This document shows positions 51,820 to 64,000 of a stretch of DNA of 64,000 nt, piece after piece (the first letter of the stretch is position 1; every line of letters starts with the position of its first letter). Under the pieces are notes generated by a model. That model had not been told where the DNA came from and ran no database searches. It saw nothing but the letters and a program-made list of their open reading frames with translations. Source of the DNA: Octopus vulgaris (taxonomy: Eukaryota); assembly GCA_951406725.2 (NCBI GenBank), contig OX597823.1, forward strand, positions 104,966,001 to 105,030,000, read 5' to 3'. Position numbers and translations under genes: made by a program.

Positions 51820-53125
51820 ACACTTATTTCATTGACCCCACTTAAGAGCAAATGACTGAAAAAATTCCAGCAGTATTTGAAACTCACCTCTAATTCTTTA
51901 AACCTTCAACTAACTTGAAGAATTTATTGTTTCATTTTTCTTTTTTTCTTTCATAATTCATGTCACCTATATTTCACTTGCCTATGTTTCCTTTACAAAA
52001 AAAAAAAAACATAAATTAAAAATATTTTCAATTATTACAAAAAAGAGAAAATTACTATGAAGTGTTGCTGCTTTCTATTTTTTTAACCTCTCTTCCCAAT
52101 ATATTCCCAGTCGATGATTTAAATTTGAAAACTGCTTTACATAATGCATTAATAATTTGCTTCAGACCAAAATCACTTTATTCTTTCAAGACACATACAT
52201 ACATATCATAAATTCAGACATATATATATATATGTATGTATGTATGTATGTTGGTATGTATGTATGTATGTATGTATGTATGTATGTATGTATGTATGTA
52301 TGTATGTATGTATGTATGTATGTATGTGTTTATATATACATATACATACATACATATATATACTTTTATATATATATATATATATATAAGTACGTATATA
52401 ATATGGGTGTCTTGAAAGTAGATTTTTTTTCATATATTATTATGTTGCAATATATAAAGAAAATGTAAGCAGATAAAACTAAAAGAAAATTTCAAAAAAT
52501 CTGAACTAAACCTCATCAAAATAGGGAAAAATATATATAAATACTGTTTATTGACAGAATTTTATTTTTAAAAAAATGAAATTCTGATATTCTGAAACAA
52601 AAGCTGAAGCCTTCTACCATATAGTGAATGGTATGGAAGGGAAGAATTTTTTTTAAGACTATAATTTAAATTTTATATTAAACAGAATTTGTAAAATTAA
52701 GAAAAAAAGTATTATATTGGGATAACATTTATGCCATTTTATCTATATTGTCTATCATTCTGTTTCTTTTTAATTGTTTTTCATCTAGTTAGATAGTTTC
52801 CATAAATCTAGTTAGATAGTTTCCATAAATTGTTGATAGCTTCATATCCAAATTGATTTCATATCTAGTTTTTGCTTATCTTCTTTTGATTAAAAAATTA
52901 CTCATACATTCATACATACATACATACATACATACATACATACATACATACATACATACATACATGCATACATACTTATGTACATGCTTACACACATGTT
53001 TGTACATGCACACTTACACACAAATGCATATATACATGCGCACACGCACACACCAAACACATAAATACATGCATACATACACACATATGCACACAGACAT
53101 ACATACACATACACATGCATACACA

Positions 53126-53171
<46 letters not shown>

Positions 53172-54802
53172 TGATTTTTTTTAATTTTTGATAAAATCAA
53201 TAAAAATTGATAAAAAAATTTAAGAAAATAATTTGATTAAGTTCTACTTTCATGTTTGTTATTTTTACCTGAATACCAAATGGTATGTTATATGATTTGT
53301 TTTGTCAGTTTAGTTTTTGTACATAATCTTGCGGTGTCCTCGAAAAAAATTGTTGGCATAAGGACCTGGGTTCAATCCCACTGCACAACACCTACAGCAA
53401 GTGTCTTTTACCACACTCCCATGTAAGCCCAAGCTTTCTGAACAAAGCTGGGCAGACATAACTGAGTATACATAAGGGGGTTCATATAACTGGGTAAACA
53501 AAATCTCCTTGGAAGCCTGCTGGGTGAATCGTACCAGTAATTTTATGGTCTGAATGTGTCGCATATTGAATCTAAAACCTACATTAAAAGTAGAAGTATC
53601 TGTGGAATACTCAGCCACTTGTGGTATAAAGTAGTGTGTAGTTGGTTCAGTTGATTAAACAAAGCTTGGCTGTGTGGTTAAGAAGTTTGCCTTCCTACCA
53701 CATGATTTGGTTTTGGGCTCAGACTCACTGCATGGTACCTGGGGCAAATAACTTCAGCTATAGCCCTGGGCTACCTAAACCCTTCTGAGTGTATTTGGAA
53801 GACAGAAACTGAAAGAAGCCCATTAAATTATACGTATATAATTATCATCATTTGACGTCCGTTTTCCATGCTAGCATGGATGAACCACATAGTTCCGGGT
53901 TCAGTAGTAATTTTTTATTTGTTATGTAATATTGTATTTAAGCAAATATTTTTAATAATAATAGAAACTTCATTTAATTCTATAAATGAGTGAAATATTA
54001 AATCTTTACATAAATTAATTAATTATATAATAAGTTTAACTAATTTGTGCGTATATATTTGAACCATTTTTCTATTTTTAATTCTTGTAGTTATAGTTTG
54101 TAGTAGAATTATGTATATAAGTAGTTTTTTAGTTTTTTATATAAGTAGTTTTTTAGTATATATTACTTAATTAGATTAAGATTAAACGTAGATGTTTATT
54201 AAATAAATGCATAAATAAATAATTTAATGGATATAGATTAAATTATAGTATTTAGCTTCACTTAATGTATATTATGTATTTTAAATATTTTGATTTAAAT
54301 ATTTTGTATTAATTACTTGTACTTTAACTTTCCAGTAATGATATACTATAGCCTGTTATTTTCTTCTATAAGCTAATATATATTTTCATAGATAAAATAA
54401 ATATTTCTATCTATTTATTCTATTTTTATTTATACCACGTTTTTAATGAGATAAATTTATTATTAAAACTAAGTCCTATGTATTAAGTTTGATGATTTAA
54501 TTAAGAGAATATATTCAATAAGATAAGTCATGTTTTTATTTTAAGATTTATTGTTGAATTTTGTTCGACTTTTTATTGTAAACTTACTTATTTTTATATA
54601 TATTTATCGTTTCTTATAAGATGATATACGTACACTTATTTAATTATTTTATTGTTTTTATCTTAGACCAGATGAGTGACTATATCTAAATTGAATTGAT
54701 TTTATTGTTATCAATTTGAAAATATAGCCACAAAACACATGTAGTCTATTTACTAATTATAAACTATCTATTTATTATTTAGTACTTTATTTAGTTGTAG
54801 GT

Positions 54803-55705
54803 CCAGTGAAATGTGGACCATGACTGCTGAGGACATATGTAGGCTTGAAAGAAATGAAGCTTGTATGATCTGCTGGATGTGTAATGTCAGTGTGCATACA
54901 CGACAGAGTGTGAGCACCCCGAGAGAAAAGTTGGACATAAGAAGCATCAGATGTGGTGTGCAAGAGAGACGACTGTGCTGGTATGGTTATCTGTTATGTA
55001 TGGATGAGGACAGTTGTGTGAGGAAGTGCCACACCCTAACTGTAGAAGGAACTTGAACATTGGGTCTCCAAGACTTTTGGAGATATGCTGTGATTGAGAA
55101 GACCTGGCAACTAAAGTGAGATTGCAGCAATGGCTGATGCTAGTGTTGAATGTCCGGCCCATTTAAGAGTACCCTTGATGTGTTGGGTGATGTGATATGC
55201 TTGATAAGACCTGCTGAGTTTAGTAAAACCAAAATTGTAACTGTAGCCAGTGCCCCGTGAATGGCTCCCATTACGGTGGCACATAAAATGCATCATTTGA
55301 ACGTGGTCGATGCGTGTCCCCTGACTGCGTCCCATGCTGGTGACATATAAAAAGCACCATCCGAACATAGCTGGCACCAGTGCCCCCTGAGTGGCTCCCG
55401 TGCCAGTGGCACATAAAAGACACTATCTGAATGTGATCAATGCCAGGGCTGCCTGGCTCCTTTGCCAGTGGCACGTAGGAAATACCATCCGAACATGATC
55501 AATGCCGGTGCGCCTAACTGGCTTCTGTGCTGCTGGCATGTAAAAAGCACCCACTACACTCTCAGAGTGGTTGGTATTTGGAAGGGCATCCAGCTGTAGT
55601 GACATTGCCAGATTAGAGTGGAGCCTGGTGCAGCCACTGGCTCTCCAGACCTCAGTCAAAGCGTCCAACCCATGCTAGCATGGAAAACGGAAGTTAAACG
55701 ATGAT
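54803..55705 (+). mobile_element. RTE-clade LINE 3' portion (ORF end, about five UTR repeat units, tail)
   Basis: ORF 54811..55056 WTMTAEDICRLERNEA...ERRLCWYG; ends CCATGCTAGCATGGAAAACGGAAGTTAAACGATGAT. Confidence 0.9.
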
Positions 55706-56484
55706 CATCATCATGATATTAACACACACACACACACACACACACACATAAATATATATGTATTATATGTGTGTGTATGTATTCTCATCCAAAATGGATG
55801 AGAATGAATATATATATATATATATACACACACACAAGCACAGTTACATGCATATGTGTGTGTGAGTATGTGTATGTTTGTGTCTTCTTGTCTTGACATT
55901 GTGTGGTTGTTGTGAAAGTCACTGCCATACAAACAGCATAATTTGTTTTCAATATTTTGCATAGACCTGCCTGGCCATGCTAAATAGTATCTTGCTTGGA
56001 AACAAACGAGCACTAGTGACAAGAAGGAACATCCACTTATAGAAAATCTGCCTCAATGAGCTGTGCCTGACCCATGCAAGTACGGAAAAGTGGACGTTAA
56101 AATGACGACGATGGTGAATGCTGATAGTCACAACCAACTGAGATCCATTTATTTTACTTTTACTTTCCCCTAATGATATGGGTTTGATAGGTGTTCCAAA
56201 CAAAAACACATCAATCATTTTAGTCTTTTAATTATCTCTTCTTACTGTCTTGTTAGCTGATGTTACTACTTTTTAACATACCTTGCTTCCAGTAAACACA
56301 TCAGTAGGTCAGCTATCAGGAGAGTTTGTTATTAGTCATTTCGCTTGTAAGTGCTGTTATAGAATATATTTCAGCAACATCTCCCTACAATCTTTACAAA
56401 AAATAAGATGTCTGTTTATTCAGCCAGTTCAACCTCGAAAACTCGAAAATAACAATGTCAAATAATTTAACGTTTATTGATATA

Positions 56485-56837
56485 TTAGCTGTATCACCCG
56501 GCGTTGCCCGGGTTTGTTTCGACCCTTTAGAATTTGTAGTTTGTTATTCTCTTTAAGTGAACATTTTTCTGGTTGAAATACACTGAAAAATGGCGACACC
56601 GCAGTAAAAAAATCGTTAAAAATAGGGATTTTCATAGAAAAAAAGCACCTTTTTGATGTAAATAATTTTTGGTGTTAACATGGTCCAATTTGAATTTTTT
56701 CTTCTACGGAAGGAAGAGCAAGCCTTCTTCTATCATACTCTCAATTTTGGTCAACTTGTGCCGCAGGGTCTCGGAGGAGATAGTGTTAGTTGAAGGCTAC
56801 CAAACCTGCCACACACAGACAACTTCAGCTTTATAGA
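56485..56837 (-). mobile_element. Non-autonomous Helitron
   Basis: On the minus strand: 5' A|TCTATAAAGCTGAAG..., and a 3' GC hairpin CCCGGGCAACGCCGGG a short distance before CTAA|T (CTAG-like terminus). Confidence 0.75.
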
Positions 56838-58074
56838 TTAATGTAATACAAAGTTTGTTCTATGACTATGTTGTTTGACGTTCAGACCCACTGCACAGCA
56901 TTTTTGATACGCGGTCTTCCAAAGTAACCTTTCTCAGTGGAGTTGGGAAATAGAAACTACCAGAAATCTGTAATGAAGGTGCATGTGTGTGTGTGAGTGT
57001 TTGTGTGTGTGTGTGTGTATGTGTGTGCTTGAGTGTGTCTCTGTGTATGCATATGCATGACTATACAATCAAACAAACTGCAATAATGTAGAATTTAGTG
57101 CTAACATGCTATCTTAAAAATAGCGTTTTGGGTAGTGACATGGATTTTTATGAACAGTGAATTGGCACAGGCATGGCAGTATAGTTAAGAAGTTTGCTTA
57201 CCAAACACATGGTTTTAGGTTCAATTTCACTGCATGGCACATTGGGCAAGAAAGGAAAGCATAGACACATACACAATGTGTATGAAACAATGGTTTACTG
57301 AATCATGATATATTGTACATGATAAACCATCTAAAAGATGTACTGAGGTAACAGCCCAGTATCACATCCTTCCTACAGCTTGCATTTATAATATCATGAA
57401 ATAACAGAAAGAATAAGAAGGGAAAAGCTATGGATTCTCTTTACTTATTGATAAAGGGCAGGTTTTTCCCTGCCAGGGGAGCACAATTAGGACTAGCAAC
57501 TGTTCAATGCTGTATTTCCACAATAGAAAAGCCAGCATTTGTTTGGCTGGCTTCATTGGCACCCAGTGTATGATGATGATGATGATGATGCTGATGCTGA
57601 TGATGATGAGGATGATGATGATAATTATGACAACGACAATTAAATATGTATTCAAAATCATATCTGAATGTTTGGGAAGCATACATATTACGGAGACATG
57701 CATTTAGACATTATCTACTCAATCCTTTTTTAAATTATTCCAGTAGATAAAGAACAAAAACAAAAAACAAAACTCAAAAACAAACCTGCAACAAATCATA
57801 ATATAGTTAATACTCATTGTAAATGTAAAGACTAAAAAAGAGAGAAAAAGAAAACCTTATTTAAAAGAGACGACTTTATACGGATTTAATTTACATTTTT
57901 GCTTGAATCGAGATGATAGAAATAATTGTTTTAGTTTTGAAAACACTTTGAGTGTAAATAATTCAATAAGGATTACAGTATTTTTAAAACAAGAGCTCTA
58001 CAATATACTTATTTCTTGAACACAATGCAATGTACACTATTTACAAAAAGCTACGATGTTTCTGTCTTGCTGTA

Positions 58075-58430
58075 TGGATAAACAATAACTCTGAGCACCT
58101 TTTCAAACTCCACCTGTCTAACACCCGTGGGCATGTTTACAAAGTCAGAAAACAGCATAGTGCCAATGACTTTCGGAATACATTTTTTCACACTAAGAGT
58201 TGCTGAAGCATGGAACAAACTGCCGGCATCAGTTGTTAATTGTCGGAGCACTGCATCCTTCAAAACTTCCATGCTTCCTGAGATTCTCCAACACTACACC
58301 TGATTTTCTCCCCTCCATACACATGCAACCATACACTGTTCACTTCCCAGACATTTGAACATTACTGCATATGCTTTATATGCACTTTTGACAAGTTGTG
58401 GTGCCCCTGAGCACTGTATACAATTATTTC

Positions 58431-58463
<33 letters not shown>
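58075..58463 (+). mobile_element. CR1-clade LINE 3' end with (TTA)n tail; a second 3'-UTR copy lies at 58678-58876
   Basis: LFKLHLSNTRGHVYKV...FFTLRVAEAWNKLPASVVNCRSTASFK is the classic CR1 C-terminus. The UTR ...GACAAGTTGTGGTGC.CCTGAGCAC is repeated. Confidence 0.85.
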
Positions 58464-58468
<5 letters not shown>

Positions 58469-59401
58469 ATATACAGAAGAGGCAAAATGTCACAGTTTTA
58501 GTAAGGTGCTTATAGTCTTTGAAAGAAAACATCACATATTACAGCACTGAGTAGAGAGTTCTGGAGAGGTGCAAACCTTACTTCAATAGCAGTAGAAAGT
58601 GAAGAATTAAGCTCAAGGGAAAGAAGAATTCTACTGAAGAACTCTCTTTTCCCAAACACTTACCTATACTGTAAAAGCATGCTTCCTGACATTTCGCCAA
58701 CACTACACCTGATTTTCTCCCCTCCACACACATACACACGCAAGCATGTCTCTGACTCATACACTGTTCACTTTCCAGACGTTTTGTACATTACTGCATA
58801 TGCTTTATACACACTTTTGACAAGTTGTGGTGCACCTGAGCACTATAGACAATAATCTCATTATTATTATTATTATTCATTACTGTGAATGATAGAATGA
58901 TGTATTTCAAATACCAGCGAATTCAATTTCAGCTATTTTTCCTCCCTTAGCACCAATAAGAAAAGATTTTCTTCTTCAAATAAATCGGAAAATTTTTGTT
59001 TTGGTAACAAGATTAATTGTTACCTGAATAAATTTCTTAAGTATGAGAAATAAGGTATGCTAGGTCTCACTTCTAGTAATAATCTTTTGGTATTGACAGC
59101 TAAGGAATGAGTGCAGTAGAAAGAACAAGGAAAAATCTAAAGATTTCTAAAGATACATTGAAAGGTTTCTCTCTTTTTATTTTGTTTTGAATTCTTTTCT
59201 TCTTTTTATTAATGTTGTAATTTGATACTCTGTATACAATAATTTAATGTGATTCTTCCAAATTTGGTGATTTGTACACTATATTGTGATATAAAGTTTT
59301 TCATCGAAGTATTGTATGCAAACCAACAAAGTTTCATATTTCCAATATCATTACTTTTTGGATATTTCTGTAAAGATTTGAGATTTTGTGCATAATTATG
59401 T

Positions 59402-59857
59402 ATCATCATCATCATCGTTTAACGTCCGTTTTCCATGCTAGCATGGGTTGGAAGGTTTGACCAGGGTCTGGGAAGCCAGGAAGCTGCACCAGGCTCCAGT
59501 CTGATCTGGCAGTGTTTCTACAGCCCTTATTAATGCCAACCACTCTGTGAGTGTAGTGGGTGCTTTTTACGTGCCACCGGCACAGGTGCCAGGGGAGGCT
59601 GGCAGTGGCTACGATTAGTTGGTGCTTTTTATATGCCACCGGCACAGAAGCCAGTCAAAGCGGAGTGGGCTTCAGCCACGTTCGGATGGTGCATTTTGCG
59701 TGCCACTGGCACAGGTATCACAACTACAATTTCCATTTGATATTTATTTTGATGTTGATGTACTTGACTCAGTAGGTCTCCTCAAGCACAGCAGGTCATG
59801 TGCCACCGGCACAGAAGCCAGTCAAGGCAGCGCTGGCATCGGCCACGTTCAGATGGG
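59402..59857 (-). mobile_element. RTE 3' UTR fragment, directly followed by a family B SINE (59860-60190, plus strand)
   Basis: (CAT)n GTTTAACGTCCGTTTTCCATGCTAGCATGG followed by UTR repeat units. Confidence 0.88.
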
Positions 59858-60225
59858 CTAGTGTCTTCTACTTTGGTTTTGGGCTGACCAAAGCTCTGTG
59901 AGTAGATTTGGTAGACAGAAACTGAAAGAAGCCTATCATTTATATATATATATATATATATCTGTGAGTGTCTATGTGTATGTATGTATTTGTTATTTGT
60001 GTCTGTGTTTGTCTCCCCACCATTGCTTGACAACCAATACTGGTTTACTTACGTCACTTAGCAATTCAGTAAAAAGAGATGGATAGAATAAGTGCTATGC
60101 TTACAAAGAATAAGTCCTGGGGTTGATTTCTTTGACTAAAGGTGGTGCTCCAGCATGGCTGCAGTCAAATGACTAAAACAAGTAAAAGAATATATACATA
60201 TATACACACATACATATATTATGAT

Positions 60226-60402
60226 ATAGTTATTGAGACTCACATAGAAGACTTCAAGTTTCTGTATCAGTGATATGGTGATCACTGCATTTCTTCAGCT
60301 GCCACAAGTCTGGTGCTAAGAGCACCAGATATGCAACATCCAGCAATCATCATATCATTGACACAGAAACTTAAAGTCCTGTACATGAGTCTCTATAACT
60401 GT
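60226..60402. repeat. ~177-bp imperfect palindrome (MITE-like hairpin)
   Basis: AGTTATTGAGACTCACATAGAAGACTTCAAGTTTCTGTATCAGTGATATGGTGAT pairs with ATCATCATATCATTGACACAGAAACTTAAAGTCCTGTACATGAGTCTCTATAACT. There is an inner stem TCTGGTGCT/AGCACCAGA. Confidence 0.85.
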
Positions 60403-60699
60403 AGTTCTCTATTTCCTTTGATATTGAAGTCTACTTCATTTGGCATCATAAATGATTTGTTGATATATATATATATAAGTATAAGGTGTGTTATGAGCAT
60501 TTATAGAACATGTATTCTATATAAACTCAACAAACAATTAAAGATGTTAAACGTTTTATAAAGTTTTAATCCATGCATACGATCATTTCGAATGGTAACA
60601 CCAACATGTAAGTAACATGGAAAAAATTTAATTAATTAATTATAATTATAATTAAATTAATTTAAGTACATATTACAATTTCCCTCAGTGCAAACAGAA

Positions 60700-61450
60700 G
60701 AATACATCAGAAAGAAAGTATCAGAAGAATATTATGTTGTTACAGAAGACGAGATGGAGGGCGTGTCACATAACTCATTTGGATATTCATAAAAGGATTA
60801 TGAAAGTTGAAATATAATAGCATGCTTAGGTAGGGTAGAGTCTAGATGTGTAAGAACTAATCATTACTAAACAGAGGCAGAGGGAGAGATTGGAGAGGGA
60901 GAAAGAGAGCAAGAATGACAAAGTGTGAAAACACTTTACCGAATGGCTTGTTAGTTTATTGTGCCGAGTTCAAACACCCTCTAAGTTATATTTGGGACAA
61001 GGTAGACAGGGTCTGTCAACTTGACTGGGAAACTCCAGTGAAGTCCAATCACACAGTAGGTTATGAAGTATCCATTACATAACTGACATTCTGCAACAGA
61101 ATCTGAATGATTTCAGCGATGCTTGGAGAGTGCTCTTGAGTAATCTTTTAATCCTGTAACAACAAGACAAGTGCAAGAAAACATTGGCGGTGGCTGGGGA
61201 TTAAGAAATAGGCAAAAGTAATGTGTCAATTAGGAAACTATCTTCTTAAAATAATAACAAAAAACAAGAGCAGTTATCTGTAATGAAAGATTTATTTGTT
61301 AAGAAGCTTATTTCTGGATATTGTGCTGAGCAAAGCACTGAATGCAGTCACATTAACCATTATTGGATGTAAACAAACCATTTGTCTAACTTCAGAAGTA
61401 AGTTGAGAGAATCCCCAGCTTTTCACCTGTTATTCTGTAAAGAGATCCTA
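60700..61450 (+). mobile_element. Possible very old LINE endonuclease relic
   Basis: NIMLLQKTRWRA resembles DI..LQETRW; only weak downstream traces. Confidence 0.3.
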
Positions 61451-62554
61451 GATTCTGTTATTCCATGTTGGCCCTGATCAGGGGTGAATGTCAAAGTGGA
61501 TTGTCATTGCAAAAAATCTTGTTGGGAATATATTGTGTATAATATGTTATGATTCTATAATTCAGTACATCACAGTTTCAGAGAAAGTGTGAGTGTATCT
61601 TTTGTATAAAATAGATAAATGAATTGATATATTGTTTATTTTATGTCTGCTTTTTCCATAGGTTGAATATGATAATATTTATTATTGAGACATTGTTTTA
61701 CAGCATGATGTCTTTCTTGTCACTGACCAAACATGCATTTCATGTAAACGATTATTAATTACATTTATCTTTGAAAACACAGAGAGAGAAGATGATATTT
61801 TATTTCTAATAGGAAATGACAATTATGTTTTTTGCTTTCATACAAAGTCAGCATCGTCGTTTAACTGTTTAGTGTTCATATTGCTCTTATCAAATGTAGT
61901 GCTTATATGTTTACATCAGTTCGAATTACTCAGGCATTGTCTTGTTGCTTTCAGATTTCAGTGATGTGACTCTTTACTTTAGGAATGGCATTGTAGGGTA
62001 AGTGTAATAGGCCATACCTGGCTAGTTTTAACATAAAACAGGAAAAATATTTGGACTGGATACAACCAGTTTAAATGCTAAAAGGTTAAAACACAGACAC
62101 ACAAACATATGCACGCACATACATATACATATATACGACAGGCTTCTTTCAGTTTTCATCTACCAAATCCACTCACAAGGCCTTGGTTGGCATGAGGCTA
62201 TAGTAGAAGACACTTGTACAAGATGTTATGCAGTGGGACTGAACCCGGAACCATGTAGTTCGTAAGCAAGCTACTTACCACACAACCGCTCCTATGCCTA
62301 TATATATTTAATACATTGTATATATGGACACACACATACATATACATATATATGTGTGTGTATAAGTATGCATGTATAAATGTGTATGTGTATGTGCATG
62401 TGTATGTGTGTGTGTAAGTATGCATGTATTAACATGTATGTGTGTATACATATGCATGTATGTAAGTATGTATGTGTGTATACGTGTATGTGTGTGTGTA
62501 TTTTATGATTTTGCTTAGGCCTAGGCCAATTGTTAGAACTTAGTGCTTTAGAAT

Positions 62555-62943
62555 AGTAGTTCTGAATCAGGGTTCATATGACCCTTGGAAACTAATATAA
62601 CATTTTTTGGGATAGACACTAACAAAATGGTAAACTGGGGCACCACAGCAGTATTTTAGGGGTGTCATTAAAAAATTTTGCTTTAGCCATAGTAATTGCA
62701 ATAAACTACTAGTTCTCTTTCTCTAACACTTAACATAGTTCAACATGTTCCCAACCAAGGAAACAAGTTCAGTTAAAGAGGGTTATTGCAAGCTCACACA
62801 AATGAATGGGTGAAAAAGGAAATAGGAATTTTGAAACCAGTATCAATAAACTAATTTTAAAAGATGGGATGGCTATGGGGTTCCACCAGAGTAAAATAGT
62901 AATCATAGAGGTCCCTAAGTAAAAAAAATGGTTGAGAACCACT
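62555..62943. mobile_element. hAT (Charlie-like) MITE, degenerate
   Basis: Right end GGTCCC...AAAATGGTTGAGAACCACT; left end AGTAGTTCTGAATC. Confidence 0.5.
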
Positions 62944-63199
62944 TCTTTAGAGCAAAGCAATCAGTGAGTACAGTTGTTGCATAATTGTGCTGCACAATAT
63001 GAAGATAAATACGTTTTTTAGTTGCACTTATTTTCAAACTCATTTGGTCTAAGAATGTGCATATTGGAACTAAAATAATTGCATCTTGGAAGCCCCATTG
63101 TAAACATTAAAAAAACACACAGACATTATTGTATTCACTCTTAATTTATTATTTTTTGTCATTATAATAATCACACATACACACACATACGCATACACA

Positions 63200-63230
<31 letters not shown>

Positions 63231-63346
63231 TAAACTTCACTACTTCACCTGTATCTGTTAAATGTGTGAAGTTCTTAGAGGCTGTATATTAGATTTATTT
63301 CATTTTTATATTTTTTTAACCTAATAATATTAGTTCTTAAACATAG

Positions 63347-63560
63347 GATGGTGAACTGGCAGAATTGTTAGCCTGCCAGGTGGAATGCTTAGTGGCATTT
63401 TGTCTGTCTTCACATTCTGAGTTCAAATTCCAGTGAGGTCAACTTTGCCTTTCATCCTTTCAGGGTTGATAAAATAAATACCAGTCAAATATTGGGGTCG
63501 ATGTAATTAACTTCCCCCCCTCCCCTCAAAACCTGATGGCCTTGTACCAAAATTTGAAAT
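63347..63560 (+). mobile_element. Family A-related SINE with a different 3' part
   Basis: GAACTGGCAGAATTGTTAGC...GAGTTCAAATTCC...CTTTGCCTTTCATCCTTTCAGGGTTGATAAA. Confidence 0.8.
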
Positions 63561-64000
63561 CACTATTAGTTCTCAAAGAGACTCCTTGGCACCAACTCCT
63601 GGATTTTAGGAGAGGGGCACAGTGCATTGAGTCAACAACTCATATACATGTTCTGTACTTATTAACTGAAATACACATTTGGTACATAGCTTATCAACCA
63701 GGATATATAAATCTTAAGGTTTCTATCCTTTGAATTTCTTGAAAGTTTATCTGAGCAGTGCTGTTGAGATTGGAATTGGTTTATAAGAATTACTTATTAA
63801 CTACTAAAAGAGAAACATTATCTGCACTAATATTTATTTTGGCTCTTCACCTTTCCTTCCATGTAACTTTTGCTTTGGCTACAGGCCAAACTTTACATTT
63901 TAAAAACAGAAAATATGAATGGTAGCTTTTGGATTTATTACTGAATGTCGTCTCACTTGCTCACCAGAGTGCAACAGATGCAGCATAATAGAAATTATTC

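Noticed and set aside
60689-60798. Possible terminal coding exon QTEEYIRKKVSEEYYVVTEDEMEG...
   Set aside because: An alternative frame resembles a LINE endonuclease motif (IMLLQKTRW), and there is no supporting gene structure.

Overview
This is AT-rich eukaryotic (animal) genomic DNA. The repeat families strongly suggest a coleoid cephalopod such as Octopus, though that is inference. I could not support any host protein-coding gene; nearly all ORFs in the track are microsatellite translations or transposon relics. Non-LTR retrotransposons: about 20 RTE-clade LINE fragments ending in (GAT)n, a tandem cluster of R4/Dong-like elements in (TAA)n, L1/Tx1 relics and CR1/L2-like relics. There are at least four tRNA-derived SINE families. 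DNA transposons: Tc1, a palindromic mariner derivative, a hAT relic and hAT MITEs, a Merlin/IS1595-like relic and Helitrons. Main observations: (1) a PHD-type zinc finger inserted inside the RTE reverse transcriptase; (2) a Merlin-type MITE carrying (TTAGGG)n; (3) two SINE-LINE shared 3' tails visible within the window; (4) a variable-number ~60-bp hairpin repeat in the RTE 3' UTR; (5) a 248-bp near-perfect inverted repeat plus other dsRNA-forming pairs; (6) an unexplained ~900-bp very AT-rich island. Boundaries of degenerate elements are approximate.
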